IMG/VR virus record: IMGVR_UViG_3300033233_001970
Source: a virus
Taxonomy: Duplodnaviria; Caudoviricetes
Length of the DNA: 64,000 nucleotides
Reading direction: 5' to 3' (one strand)
The notes beneath the pieces were generated by a model that saw only the letters and a list, made by a program, of their open reading frames with translations, made no database searches and was not told the origin of the DNA. Below are positions 17,900 to 28,984 of this stretch, piece after piece (positions within the stretch are counted from its first letter, which is position 1; each line of letters begins with the position of its first letter). The translations under genes were made by a program, and so were the position numbers.

Positions 17900-18070
17900 A
17901 TGCCCAATTCTCGACGAGAAGTCGTGTGCGTCAACGTGAAAGATCTCGGAGCGTCGCTCACGGTTGGCAAGGTCTACGAGATTCTCGAAGAGAAAGAGAG
18001 CATGATTCGCATCGTGGACGACACGGGGGGCGACTACTGGCACGACGCGAGCCGATTTGAGGTGAAGTAA
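17900..18070 (+). CDS. small SH3-barrel-like protein (56 aa, below the ORF-track cutoff)
   Basis: MPNSRREVVCVNVKDLGASLTVGKVYEILEEKESMIRIVDDTGGDYWHDASRFEVK exactly fills the gap. Confidence 0.65.
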   Translation: MPNSRREVVCVNVKDLGASLTVGKVYEILEEKESMIRIVDDTGGDYWHDASRFEVK

Positions 18071-18574
18071 ATGGACCGGCATTTCTTCAAAATGATGGGG
18101 ATGGAAGAAGAAGCGGCACGCGAAGCAAAGGTGAACGTAGGGCTCAAGTCTGCCCTCGAATCGGACCTGGAGACTTTCGTCGAAAGAACGCCGGTCGAAT
18201 CGTTTGGAAGCGCGCAAGGTCGGTATCGTGCGCGTATCAAGAAATTCGTGCAGGACAAACGACCCTATCCGCGCCTACGCCATCACGTCCTTTGGCTCCT
18301 TCACAACTGCGTCGCGCACCCTGTACTCGCCGTGTTGCCAGATCATGCGACCGTAGAGTTTCACGAGCTGACAAGCCAATGGCTCAATCACCGCGAGCCA
18401 AACATAAACCAATACCGAATCCTTCATTTCAAGGTTCCAGCGATTCCCGATCGCGCGCTTTGGTTTCTGCACAACGCCGTCGCGCATGTGGGCATCGGTC
18501 TTTTCCCATCGAAAGCGACATTCGACTTTCATGACTGGAGCGCTGAAAAAATGAACGTTCCAGGATGGGTGTGA
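18071..18574 (+). CDS. His-rich protein with an internal duplication
   Basis: Two copies of LWxLHNxVAH...P....FH(E/D)xS/T. Confidence 0.7.
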   Translation: MDRHFFKMMGMEEEAAREAKVNVGLKSALESDLETFVERTPVESFGSAQGRYRARIKKFVQDKRPYPRLRHHVLWLLHNCVAHPVLAVLPDHATVEFHELTSQWLNHREPNINQYRILHFKVPAIPDRALWFLHNAVAHVGIGLFPSKATFDFHDWSAEKMNVPGWV

Positions 18575-18767
18575 TCGTGACCGCGCACCCTTGCTACCTC
18601 TGCGGCGCCGGCTCCACGCCCGTCGCGCTTTGTTGGACGTGCCGAAGCGATCTCGAGTTTTTGAACCAGCCAGAACCGGACATGGAGTCGACCGAGGAAG
18701 AGATTCGCGCGTGGGCGAAGGCGAACAAGGTCACGGTCTTCTCGTGTGGAAAAAAGTGAGGTAAGTG

Positions 18768-19361
18768 ATGCCTACAGGATATACGGAAATCATCGAGCGT
18801 AAACCCGACCTCACGTTTCGAGAATTCGCTCTCCGGTGTGCGCGCGCCTTCGGCGCGCTCATCATGATGCGCGACGATTCGATGGACGCGGAGATCCCTG
18901 AAAAGTTCGAACCGAGCACGTACCACCGAGATCAGCTCGAAGAAGCAAAGAAGAGGCTCACCGAGACCGAACGCATGACGCTCGACGAGGCTCGTAAAAT
19001 GGAGCTCGAGTCGCATCAGTCGACGCAGCGATCGAACAAGAAATATATGAAGGAGTACGTGGAGAAAAATGCTCTCTACCAACGCATGCTCGATAAGGTG
19101 AACTCCTGGAAACCGCCGTCGAACGATCATGTGAGAATGAAGGAATTCATGGTCGAGCAGATCGATACGTCGATGGGCAAGGCTTACCAGGTGAAGGAGT
19201 GTAGGTACTCACCAAAAGAATGGCGCGACCGAGAAATCGCAGACGCAAAACACGACGTCGAGTATCACGAAAAAGAATGGAAAGAGGAGCTCGATCGAAC
19301 GAAAGTCCGAAACAAATGGCTTTCGGATCTCAAGTCGAGTCTCGACAAGTTCGAAGAATGA
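18768..19361 (+). CDS. hypothetical phage coiled-coil protein
   Basis: GAGGT RBS; MPTGYT...TFREFALRCARAFGALIMMRDD. Confidence 0.75.
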   Translation: MPTGYTEIIERKPDLTFREFALRCARAFGALIMMRDDSMDAEIPEKFEPSTYHRDQLEEAKKRLTETERMTLDEARKMELESHQSTQRSNKKYMKEYVEKNALYQRMLDKVNSWKPPSNDHVRMKEFMVEQIDTSMGKAYQVKECRYSPKEWRDREIADAKHDVEYHEKEWKEELDRTKVRNKWLSDLKSSLDKFEE

Positions 19362-19575
19362 GCGACGTCCATTCGCGCAAGCAAGAGGCGCTCGAGCTCG
19401 CTGAACGCGCACGGAGAGAAACGAGAATTGCGGAAATCGTTCAGCGTGTGGTGATGTATCTGGGCGTCTACAAGTGCCCTGTCACGCAAACGGTCGGCGG
19501 CAAAACGATCACGTTCTCGCCGAACGAGAGCCAAAATCAGATGATTGAGAAGATTCGATCGGCACTGGAGAGCAA

Positions 19576-19983
19576 ATGAACCCATTTCGCGAAACAGCCG
19601 AAGACGGCGTCAACAAAACCGAGGTCGTATGTGCTCGGATCCGCGAAAATGCGGAGACGAAACGCAAACTCATCGAGGAGCGTGAAGAGACAAAACGCAA
19701 AGCGATGAATGGTCCAGAGTACGTCGTAGCTAGATTTCTCTTCACGATTGTGACGATCGGATTTTTCGTCCTCGTCGGACTGACGACCAATTCGTACATC
19801 GAGAGCCACAAGCCGGTGTCGCAGATCACGTTTTGTCACGACGAAACACACGGCAATGTGCAAGTGGGTCACGACAAGTGCAGCCACCCGCAGCACGCCG
19901 GTCGTGTCGAAAACAACATCCTCGTTTGCACCTGCGTTCGAGCTGCGTCAGTGCCGTCAGGGAGCGCGACGGATACCCGATGA
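19576..19983 (+). CDS. single-TM membrane protein with Cys-rich distal domain
   Basis: GGAGAG RBS; TM FLFTIVTIGFFVLVGL; NPFR at the N-terminus. Confidence 0.65.
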   Translation: MNPFRETAEDGVNKTEVVCARIRENAETKRKLIEEREETKRKAMNGPEYVVARFLFTIVTIGFFVLVGLTTNSYIESHKPVSQITFCHDETHGNVQVGHDKCSHPQHAGRVENNILVCTCVRAASVPSGSATDTR

Positions 19984-20418
19984 GCAGTCCGCTCAAAGAT
20001 TTGCTCGAGAAGATGGTGGGCTTGCGTCACGGCTACATGCTCGAGAAAGTGGTGCATGGTCGATCGCGCGGAACGCAAACACAGGCTCCGGACGATCACG
20101 ACTCTTATTGTCGAGCTTGAAAAGATCAAGGCTGTGACGATTCAGGCAACCGGCATTGGTGAGATGATTATCGAGGCAATCATCGAAGGCGACTGGTCAG
20201 AAGCCGAGACGATCGCGGCTGATCTCGAAATTCCGGTAGACGAAAAAGACGTCTTTGGTCGAGACGCGCGTCACCGCGCACTATGGGAGAGTTTCACGAT
20301 CGCGACGCGAACGGCGATTGCCGAAGCCAGTCGCTTGCAACCAGGTGTGAGACCGCGAAGGAACTAGCGCCCGAACGCGACTTGCACTACAACCGAGAGC
20401 CGTCACAAAGGGGAACAG

Positions 20419-21123
20419 ATGGCCATCGAACTGCCTCCTGGTATCACATGCCCGGATTATCAGACCGATCCCAACGATCCGAAAGGAAGACGTTGCCTTC
20501 ACTACGCCGCAGGCGGCGAATGCAGGCACGAAGTACGCGTTCTTCGGCTCGAGACGGTCTGCATCGAGTGGGAAAAGGCGAAGCTAAAGGCGGACGCCGC
20601 CAAGGGTGACGTACAACTAACGAAGGTCGACACGAGTACCCTACGGAGCGCTGCCGAGGTCGCCGTCAAACCTCCGGTGATGCCAGCGTTCAAAACGCCC
20701 TCCGCCGCGTCGCTCATCGCCCTCCCGCCAGGAGCGAGGCCATCCGTCCAGCAGCCTCCGCAACCACCGAACGGCGCTTTCGCGCTCGGAGCGTCGCCGC
20801 CACGCCAAACGGCCGCTGAGCGCGCCAGGGCGGCCTTTACGGGGGTCGAGACCGTCGAGCGGAAGAAGCTCGGCATCCTCGAGCCTCCAGCCTTCACGGC
20901 GGCGAAGGAAATCTCACCCGAGTCGATCGAGGCGCTCGAGAAGGCGGTGGAGGAGATCCATCTCGTGAGCGAAGATTTGGGAGATTTGTGGATCGTGAGA
21001 AAGAAAACCGGAAAAGATAGGCTGGAATTGAGCTTTTCTGAGATGTCTACACTTAGGCTTCTAGTTGATTCATTTCCTGGTGCACGTATCATCAGTGTGG
21101 TACGACCTGATGACGATCGATGA
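20419..21123 (+). CDS. hypothetical protein (Cys N-domain, Pro-rich linker)
   Basis: AGGGG RBS; ATGA overlap to the HNH gene. Confidence 0.65.
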   Translation: MAIELPPGITCPDYQTDPNDPKGRRCLHYAAGGECRHEVRVLRLETVCIEWEKAKLKADAAKGDVQLTKVDTSTLRSAAEVAVKPPVMPAFKTPSAASLIALPPGARPSVQQPPQPPNGAFALGASPPRQTAAERARAAFTGVETVERKKLGILEPPAFTAAKEISPESIEALEKAVEEIHLVSEDLGDLWIVRKKTGKDRLELSFSEMSTLRLLVDSFPGARIISVVRPDDDR

Positions 21124-21956
21124 AAAAGTATACAAAAGATGTGATTGAACGCGTTTTGGCATGCATCCAGAACAATCCTAGCTTTACACGCGTCGTTGTC
21201 GCGGAAAAGTGTCAGGTGCCACTCACGCTTGTTTACGATCTCGCTCGTGGGCGAATACGGAACGTCAGCGCGGTAATAGGTCGCAGGAAAGGCAATCAGC
21301 GACTTACCGCAGAGGACATGTCGCTGGCTACAGTGATGCGGTCAAGAGGGGCGACGTATACTGAGATCGGTAAACATTTAGGCATTAGTAAAGGGCATGC
21401 TCGAAGAATAGCGTTGGACGGCAAGCGAAAAGAAAGCGGTGCCGAGCGTAAACCGAGAACGAAACTTACTAAGGGGAAAATAATTGAACGGTTCCTGAAA
21501 TTGGTGCGAAAGGGGCGCCCGGATGCTTGTTGGCTGTGGCAAGGAATGATTAATGAGGCCGGTTACGGCTGTTATGGCGGAGACCTAAGCCAAGAATATT
21601 TTGGTAGCAATCTTGCGCATCGTATCATTTTTGAGATTGAGCACGGACAGCGCCCTGTCGTCGTTATGCACAAATGTGACAATCCTCCGTGTTGCAATCT
21701 GGCACATTTACTAGGCGGAACGCACGCGGAGAACGCAGAAGATTGTCGAAACAAAGGCAGAAACAAATTACCTCCGGCCTTACAAGGAGGTACGAATCCA
21801 ATCGCAAAGCTCAGCGAAGATCAGGTACGTAAAGTTATTCTTCGTTTAGCCAACGGAGAAAGTCAAACGGAAATAGCGACGGAGCTTAATGTGAGCTCGT
21901 CTCTTATTACCGGAGAAGCGTGGTCGCATGTTTCTCGAGAGCTGGGCAAACTATGA
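21120..21956 (+). CDS. HNH homing endonuclease with HTH domains
   Basis: ACWLWQG...GYG...LAHRI...VVMHKCDNPPCCNLAHLLGGTHAEN; AKLSEDQV HTH tail; visibly more AT-rich than its flanks. Confidence 0.88.
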   Translation: MKKYTKDVIERVLACIQNNPSFTRVVVAEKCQVPLTLVYDLARGRIRNVSAVIGRRKGNQRLTAEDMSLATVMRSRGATYTEIGKHLGISKGHARRIALDGKRKESGAERKPRTKLTKGKIIERFLKLVRKGRPDACWLWQGMINEAGYGCYGGDLSQEYFGSNLAHRIIFEIEHGQRPVVVMHKCDNPPCCNLAHLLGGTHAENAEDCRNKGRNKLPPALQGGTNPIAKLSEDQVRKVILRLANGESQTEIATELNVSSSLITGEAWSHVSRELGKL

Positions 21957-22496
21957 TGATCGATCTCGAGGATATTCGGCAACGGATCGAAACCGGACCA
22001 GATGACGCGCTCCGTGATCTCGCGCACAAACTCCTCGCCGAAATCGATCGCAGGATTGCTGAGGACAAAGCAACCGATCGCGATCACTTCGTCTCTTCGC
22101 TGAAAAGAAGGCGCTACACCACGGACGAAATCAGAAAAATACTTGTAGCGTACGAGCGGGGCGACAAGTTCGAGTATGAAGAAACAAAGTGCCGAACTTG
22201 CAAAGGCGAAGGCCGGTCGTGGGGAATGACTGGCTGCATGGGAGGCGGGCGTAGCGAAGAGTGTACGGCGTGCTTCGGCAGCGGCAAAGATCGTTACAGC
22301 ATCAAGGTGCCTGCATGACTGCCTGGTTCTACAAGAATTCCCGCATGCTTGCGTCCCTGTCGTTTTTCACGACCTTGACGGTTTTCGTTGTGTTCGAGGT
22401 CCCGATCGCCGTTGCGCTGATCGTTTCGATCCTTACTATCTTCGGCGCGAGCGCGTCGTTCGCTGCGGGTATCGTGTACGAGCGAGAAGGTGAGTA

Positions 22497-22886
22497 ATGA
22501 TCGACGTTTCGTTCATGTGCATCGATCCGCGTCGCGGCGAAGCGGTTGAAATCCGAAAGGCGACGTTACCGGCGATCCCGCGCATAGGCGACAAGGTGAG
22601 GTTTGTTGGCCAGGAATTTGGTGATGATTCGTATGGAACGTGGGACGACAAAGAGCTCGGATGCAAGTCCGGGATGTCGAACTTCGAAGTGTTTGATGTC
22701 GTTTGGGACGATCCTGACGAGAGCGGCGTAAGCATCGAAGTTTACGTCGGGCCTCCGCCGAGCGATTCCGGGTTCGAACCATTCTGCGGCTGCTCCAAGG
22801 AGCAGCGCGACAAATGGAAACCTGGGGACGATGGCCGGTGTGAGAATTGCGGCAGGAAGCGTCGCGATAGCGCGAGAGGAGAATAG
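22497..22886 (+). CDS. hypothetical protein with C-terminal Zn finger
   Basis: PRIGDKV; CGC...CENCGRK. Confidence 0.6.
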   Translation: MIDVSFMCIDPRRGEAVEIRKATLPAIPRIGDKVRFVGQEFGDDSYGTWDDKELGCKSGMSNFEVFDVVWDDPDESGVSIEVYVGPPPSDSGFEPFCGCSKEQRDKWKPGDDGRCENCGRKRRDSARGE

Positions 22887-22888
22887 TT

Positions 22889-23263
22889 ATGTGCGTTGTA
22901 TCCATGGTGTTTGATCACTACGACCCGCTCATTCCGCAGCCGCAGTGGCCACCGCCACAACCGAGACGGACAAGACCGTTCCATCCGCCGTCGCCGTTCG
23001 AGCCGTTTCCGATGGATCCAACGCCGACGTTCTCTCCGCTGACCAAAGAGCAACTCGATTCGATGATGAAGATCATCGAGCAGTTCAAGAAAGCAGTCGA
23101 AGCCGCCAAGACCGTCGACAAACTCACGGGGCAACCTGACTGCGCCGATCCCGAGAAGGAAAAACTTCTCGCGCGTGTTGCGGAGCTCGAGAAGCAGATC
23201 ACGAAGATGAAGAAGCCGCGAAAGGCGAAGAAACGTGCGCGCGGAAAGAAACGCGCACGATGA
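22889..23263 (+). CDS. hypothetical phage protein (Pro-rich, coiled coil)
   Basis: GAGGAG RBS; MCVVSMVFDHY...GQPDCADPEK. Confidence 0.7.
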   Translation: MCVVSMVFDHYDPLIPQPQWPPPQPRRTRPFHPPSPFEPFPMDPTPTFSPLTKEQLDSMMKIIEQFKKAVEAAKTVDKLTGQPDCADPEKEKLLARVAELEKQITKMKKPRKAKKRARGKKRAR

Positions 23264-23722
23264 TCGTGGGTGAGCAGGAGCTCGCGGCCGTCGAGCACCT
23301 CGCGTACGTCAGGGCTCTTCAGGAAGCGATTAGGATTTGCGAATCGCAAGTCATTCCCGAAGAGCTCACGAAGGATGACGAATACCGACGTGGTCAGCGT
23401 CGCGGATCACACGACTGCGTAAGTGTGCTTGAGCGACACCTACGGTTTCATCTGGATCAATCATGACCGTTCATAAAGGTATCTCCGCTGGTTCCGAACT
23501 GCGAATAGCCCCGTGCGACGGATGCGGGAAAGAAGCGCCGTGTTACGTACGGGTAGGCACGGCTGGTAAAGGCGATCCGCAGAAAACGACTTGGTTTTTG
23601 CAGCCTCCCGGATGGTGGTCAGGCAACTACTACGTCAAATCGGGTGTTCACAAAGGCGTCATGATCATTCTTTCACGATGCCCCGACTGCATCGACGAGG
23701 CCGCGAAAGGAGGCGAGACGTC

Positions 23723-24163
23723 GTGATCGAATTCGTTCAAGGCGATATTTTCAAGTCCGGCGCCGATGCGCTCGTCGATCCTGTCAACTGCGTCGGCACG
23801 ATGGGGAAGGGATTGGCGCTCGAGTTCAAGAAGCGATTCCCGACGCCGTCCAAGATTTACATCGAAGCGTGCAAACGTGGAGAGGTTCGTCTTGGCACGA
23901 TGCACGTTGTCGACGGCTACGAAAAGCCGATCATCATTAGTTTTCCGACCAAGCAGCACTGGCGCGATAGTTCGAGGCTTCAGTCCATTGTTTCTGGCCT
24001 CGACGATCTTCGGCTGGTTATCCAAGAGAAACAAATCAAGTCGGTGGCGGTGCCGGCGCTCGGATGCGGAAACGGCGGCCTTCGATGGGCTGACGTGAAG
24101 CCTGAAATTCAGAGCGCGCTTCACGGAATCGACGCGCGCGTACTGGTGTACGGGGGAAAATGA
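23723..24163 (+). CDS. macrodomain protein (DarG/TARG1-like ADP-ribose hydrolase)
   Basis: GDIF..ADALVDPVNCVGTMGKGLALEFKKRFP...FPTKQHWR...SVAVPALGCGNGGLRW; AAGGAGG RBS with GTG start. Confidence 0.9.
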   Translation: MIEFVQGDIFKSGADALVDPVNCVGTMGKGLALEFKKRFPTPSKIYIEACKRGEVRLGTMHVVDGYEKPIIISFPTKQHWRDSSRLQSIVSGLDDLRLVIQEKQIKSVAVPALGCGNGGLRWADVKPEIQSALHGIDARVLVYGGK

Positions 24164-24907
24164 AAAAGCTCTACACAGTAACGTTCGAAACGGAAATCGT
24201 CGTGGTTGCTGAAGATGATGATGTACGAAGGAATCGACGGTCTCGAGCCGAGCCATGTGAGACCAATGAGCTATCTGCCTTCGGATTGGGATCTGGACGC
24301 CATTCCGTTCGGAAACCGAGAGAAGTCTGATCCAGACAGGTCCGTAGGAAAATGGATCGAGCTCGGCGCGGCACCTGAATACAAAACCAAGGTTGCCAAA
24401 TGACGTGCTTGAAGTGCCATGGATTCGGCATCTTACCCAACCGCATGTGGGCCGTGAATAACGGTGACGATCCCGACGATTTCCCGATGTGCGCATGCGG
24501 AAAACCGAGTCGGCTAGAAAGCGGAGACTGCGGTGAAGGTCACGGCGCTGTTTACTGCGACTGCGAAATCGGTCGACGGAGAAAAACATGAGTCGTGTCC
24601 GTAACGAAAAATTGTATTTCGCGTGGCATCATGTCTTGGACAAAAGGTACGAGCGACTCCGGAAGATGTTTTGGTATGGGATCGCCGAGCTCGTCGCAGC
24701 GGCGGCAGCCATTGTCGCTTGGCCTTTGATGATGTTTCTGAGACCAAGCGCCTATTGGTCTATCCTGATTGTGGTTGCCTTTGTGATCATGTTTCAGTTC
24801 AAGCGTACGACGAGCAAATGGTACGACGAAGAGGTTCGTAAATTTCGTCTTGTGGCCCGTCACTGCAATTCGCTACACGAAAAACTCACGGGTCGACGGA
24901 GATCGCA

Positions 24908-25990
24908 ATGAGGGTACCGGATGCGATCACCTCGAAGATCGAATCCGAGGTGCGGCCCGTTGTTGAGAAATTCTCCAAGCTGAAGTCTGCGCTCGAGACG
25001 TACGAAGCGGAATTCAGGCAAGCCGCAGAACAAAACGTCAACAACGCGATTCTCGTGGCGCTCGGACAAGTGCCGGCGCCAAATGGGATCGATCGTCTCG
25101 CGGATGTACGAAAAAATCTTTGTGAGGTGTTGAGGGAAGTAGCGACGATCGTCGATCCGCTTCCGATCACAACGTCGACGCCGGAACCGAAACGTGTTCC
25201 GCCACCGAAGGTCGTACGCAAGGCGCAGCCCGAGGACATCGAATCCGCCAAACGTCTTCTCGTTGAGATTGAGGAGCTCCGAACGGGAGTCAAGGATCAG
25301 CACCACGCGCGCCTCTCACCGCTCCTCCAGGCCGTCGTGGCGGAAGTGCGTGGCCTTCTCGATCGGCTTCCCGAAGATCATTTCTACAGCGATCGTCTCT
25401 CGAAGAGCATCCCTGTTCTCGGCTCACTCAAAAACGAAGGCGGCGTAAAAGAGTTCATCAAAGGTCTCGCGTTTCATTCGGAGGGCGATTGGTCACGAAT
25501 CGCTCACACGAACCGGCGCAAGGTGGCAGCGTTCGACAAAGATACGGAGAAGAACGTTGTCGACGTTCGACAGATTCAAAAGGCGAAAGCGGCGGAGCCC
25601 AAAAAGCCGAAGGAAGAAGTCGCTGCGTCGAATTACGACTGGCCCGAGTTCCCAAACTTGAGAGAGCTCACGAAGCCGGTTCTTCTTGCGGGCGGAATGG
25701 TGATTCCTGAAAAGTTCGACTCCATCTACGAACGTACCGGCATCAACGTCGAATGGCATGAGATCGATCACAATAACCCACGCGCGGTCGACACATTGCT
25801 TACCAGAATCAAAGGCGGCAAGGTGGGAGCCATCATCTGCATCGAAGGCTTCATGAAGCACGGCACGTTCAAACCGCTCGTCAACACCTGCGTACTCGCG
25901 AGCGTACCGATGGCGATGGGTGGCAAGGGCGGGATCGCGGCGATCACGACGGCGCTCGAGGAGCTCGAGAAGAAACTGGGAAAGACGTGA
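24908..25990 (+). CDS. hypothetical protein (helical N-terminus, alpha/beta C-terminal domain)
   Basis: 360-aa coupled ORF; C-terminus VLLAGG...AIICIEGFMKH resembles DUF2325-type domains. Confidence 0.65.
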   Translation: MRVPDAITSKIESEVRPVVEKFSKLKSALETYEAEFRQAAEQNVNNAILVALGQVPAPNGIDRLADVRKNLCEVLREVATIVDPLPITTSTPEPKRVPPPKVVRKAQPEDIESAKRLLVEIEELRTGVKDQHHARLSPLLQAVVAEVRGLLDRLPEDHFYSDRLSKSIPVLGSLKNEGGVKEFIKGLAFHSEGDWSRIAHTNRRKVAAFDKDTEKNVVDVRQIQKAKAAEPKKPKEEVAASNYDWPEFPNLRELTKPVLLAGGMVIPEKFDSIYERTGINVEWHEIDHNNPRAVDTLLTRIKGGKVGAIICIEGFMKHGTFKPLVNTCVLASVPMAMGGKGGIAAITTALEELEKKLGKT

Positions 25991-26258
25991 ACTTTATCGA
26001 ACACATCGTAAAATTGGTCAGTATTCTGCAAGATACGAAAGACGCGCGCGTCGACGACGTCGACACCTGGGAACGATTGCCAGAAGACACGAACGAAGTC
26101 TGTTGGCGAACGGATTGGGGTTGGAGCAAAAAAGATCCGCATTGCGGAAAGAAAGCCGTCTGGATCAAACGAGGCACATGCGGCTGCGGAGCGTGCGACA
26201 TGACGATCCAGCACTGCGAAGAACACCAAGACGCGTACCTCGCAGAAAAGAGTGAAGT

Positions 26259-27071
26259 GTGGAGCCGGTGAAGCTCGACGGTGGCTACGCCCTTCTCGCT
26301 GACGCGAGCGAGCCGGCGACGCGTGCTCGAGTGCGGGAGATAACGGGATGCGTGCCGCTAATCCTGACCGATCCGCCGTACGGTAAAATACTGTCCGCGA
26401 AATGGGATCACGTTATCGAGAAGGAAGAAGACTTCGTCGAATGGATGATCGACTGGACGCGGACGTGGAGCGACATGCTTTTGCCAGGAGGCATGTTCGC
26501 GGTCTGGGGCGGAATAGGCACTCCAGGATTTAGACCTTTTTTCCGATATATCCCAGAAGTTGAGAGGCGGTCCGAATTGAAACTGTCCAACCTCATTACC
26601 TGGTCCAAAAAAAGAGCGTACGGCACCGCTACAAATTTTCTGTTTACTCGCGAGGAGCTAGCCCTGTTCACGCTCGGCGACGTAAAACGCCCGCGATGTT
26701 TCAATATTCCACTTTTGGAAACCAAGCGGCCGTATCCAGGTTTCAACGCTGACTATCCAGCAAAGAGCGAGTATTACAGACGAACCAACGTCTGGACCGA
26801 TATAACCGAACTTTTACGCGGCAAAGTTCATCCGGCGCAAAAAGCTCAACGCGTTATGGAAATACCTATTGAGGTATACACTCAATCTGGTGAGTGGGTG
26901 GTCGACATGTTCGTTGGATCTGGCACGACAGCTTTGGCGGCCCGCAAGCTCGGACGACGTTTCTTCGTTATCGAAAAAGATGAGAAGACGTTCGAAGAAA
27001 TGGTCGAGCGTCTTCGATCGGGAACCACGACCGAAACCGGAGCCGTTCAAGACGGATGGGACGAGCTATGA
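26259..27071 (+). CDS. orphan N6-adenine/N4-cytosine DNA methyltransferase (beta class)
   Basis: LILTDPPY catalytic motif precedes HPAQK and the SAM-binding VVDMFVGSGTT. Confidence 0.9.
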   Translation: MEPVKLDGGYALLADASEPATRARVREITGCVPLILTDPPYGKILSAKWDHVIEKEEDFVEWMIDWTRTWSDMLLPGGMFAVWGGIGTPGFRPFFRYIPEVERRSELKLSNLITWSKKRAYGTATNFLFTREELALFTLGDVKRPRCFNIPLLETKRPYPGFNADYPAKSEYYRRTNVWTDITELLRGKVHPAQKAQRVMEIPIEVYTQSGEWVVDMFVGSGTTALAARKLGRRFFVIEKDEKTFEEMVERLRSGTTTETGAVQDGWDEL

Positions 27072-27249
27072 AAAAACCTGCGTCACGCGTCGTAAAAGCC
27101 GAGCGCGCCGTACTGCGCGAAGCGATACGCTGGAACAACTGGATTGACGATTGCGTCGGGTGGGGAGACTACCTTCGACGCATTCGCGCCCTACGCACGG
27201 CCGTGAAAGAACTGGTCAAGGCTCGTCGTCGAGAAGAAGGAAAACTGCA

Positions 27250-27981
27250 ATGAGCAAACCGAAAATACTCCAGCTCCGCCGGCACCACGACGACGAATAC
27301 TGGGATGGCGTCACCATCACAGCTCTTGGCGCCTGTCTCGACATCAGCCTTGTTCCTCGCTTTAAAACGAGCGGCATGTCCGGAGACGAATGGCGCGTTC
27401 ACGCGAGGTTCGCACTCAGCGATCGAAGCGGCATCTTCTTCGGGCGAGATTTTCAAAGCGTCAACGGCGCGCTGAAGTATAGCCCCTACTTCGTCTGGAC
27501 CGAAGGCAGAGGGTTGCTCAAATGTCCAGACGCGGTTCTCACCGTTCTTCGCAAGGATCACGTCTTGTGGTCGGGGAAATTTCCTACCTTCGCGGACGCG
27601 GCTATTGGGATGGCGTGGCACCTCGTCATCGCGGGCGAAGAATCGAAAGATTGGAAGCATCTTACGGATCGACAGGAGCGCGAGCTCTGCGCCCAACCCG
27701 GATGCGCAGAGGCCCCCGTTTGTCTCTACCGGCTCAAGATGCTTCAAGAAGGCAAGAGTTACGACACGCTGATGCCGCCGAAATACGATTTTCAGGCGAA
27801 TCACATTTGGTTCTGCAAACGACACGCGCATCGCGGCAATTGCGGACTCGAGGACGCGGACGAGAACTACGAAGTGATCGAAGGCGCCCCGTCGGAAGAA
27901 GCAGACGTTCAATCGAGAGACGTCCGCGAATCGGCGTTCGGAGGTGTTATCGATCTGTCCGGATCGGAGAACGAAAAATGA
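27250..27981 (+). CDS. hypothetical protein with C-terminal Cys/His domain
   Basis: PRFKTSGMSGDEWR; CAQPGC...FCKRH..RGNCGLED. Confidence 0.65.
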   Translation: MSKPKILQLRRHHDDEYWDGVTITALGACLDISLVPRFKTSGMSGDEWRVHARFALSDRSGIFFGRDFQSVNGALKYSPYFVWTEGRGLLKCPDAVLTVLRKDHVLWSGKFPTFADAAIGMAWHLVIAGEESKDWKHLTDRQERELCAQPGCAEAPVCLYRLKMLQEGKSYDTLMPPKYDFQANHIWFCKRHAHRGNCGLEDADENYEVIEGAPSEEADVQSRDVRESAFGGVIDLSGSENEK

Positions 27982-28984
27982 TTGGTTCGCTCTACACGAA
28001 GTTCGCGAACAAGATGCGAGCGGAAGCCAAGAAGTCTTCGTGGGAGAAACCCGTTTTTGACATCTGCGGGAAATGGAAATTCGGGCTCAGCTACGATACG
28101 CGGGAACACATCAACAGCGTTGGAGGGATGGAGTCCGCCCTGTTGGCGCTCAACACCATCAGCATGAACGCGGATTCGTCACGTTTCCCTACGGAACCAC
28201 CGGATTGTGGATACTGAGCGCGCGCATCCAGACACCGGGTTCGACGGGCGAGGATTGGAAGCAACTCGGCAACATCACGGCTGCCATGGGCGCGCCCGCG
28301 CGGCCCGTTACACCGATCGAGACGACGCCGCCTGACGCGATTCATTACTGGGTCTGGACAGAACCATGAGCCATCGAACGATTCCTGACGACGATCTCGC
28401 GAAGATGCGTGTCGAGATCGATGAATTCGCCAATCGGTTCGAGCTCACAAATGACGAGAAGGACACGGCCCGAGTTGTCATCGCCGCGCTCTTTGTGGGT
28501 ACCGACACGGATCTCGTCGCGAAAGTGACAGGGCTAAACCGAGACAAATTCGTTCGGCCGAAGGCGAAGAAGTTACGCGAAAACGGTATATGGGTTGGGA
28601 ATCAAGTGTGTATGGAGTCGAATCCGGAGGACGAATCCGATGAAAACTTCATGACGGAAATACTTCTCCATGTTCTCGTGGCCAACGGATTGGTAGAGCG
28701 CGAACCGGCGAAATTGGTGGAGTCATGAGATATCGTATCATTTTCCTCGACGGCGACCGCGAAACAGGCGGTTGGCACGATTGCCCAGAATTATGCGTTT
28801 GGAAAAACGAGCGTGCGGTGCCTTGCGTCGGAGATCAGGTCTTCGTTGGAAATAAAGAAGATTCGAGACCGCAATGGCGCTACGTGAAGGAGGTCGCGTG
28901 GAGCCTTCCGGAGAAGGGTAGAAGACTGATTCAGGTTGTGGTGACGATCAAGAGATGGCCGCCGCTGCTGGATTTGAAGGGATC

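Noticed and set aside
21195-21215. Possible gapped self-target of tract 3 in the HNH gene (GTC GCG GAA AAG)
   Set aside because: Only four consecutive dinucleotides match, which is expected by chance.
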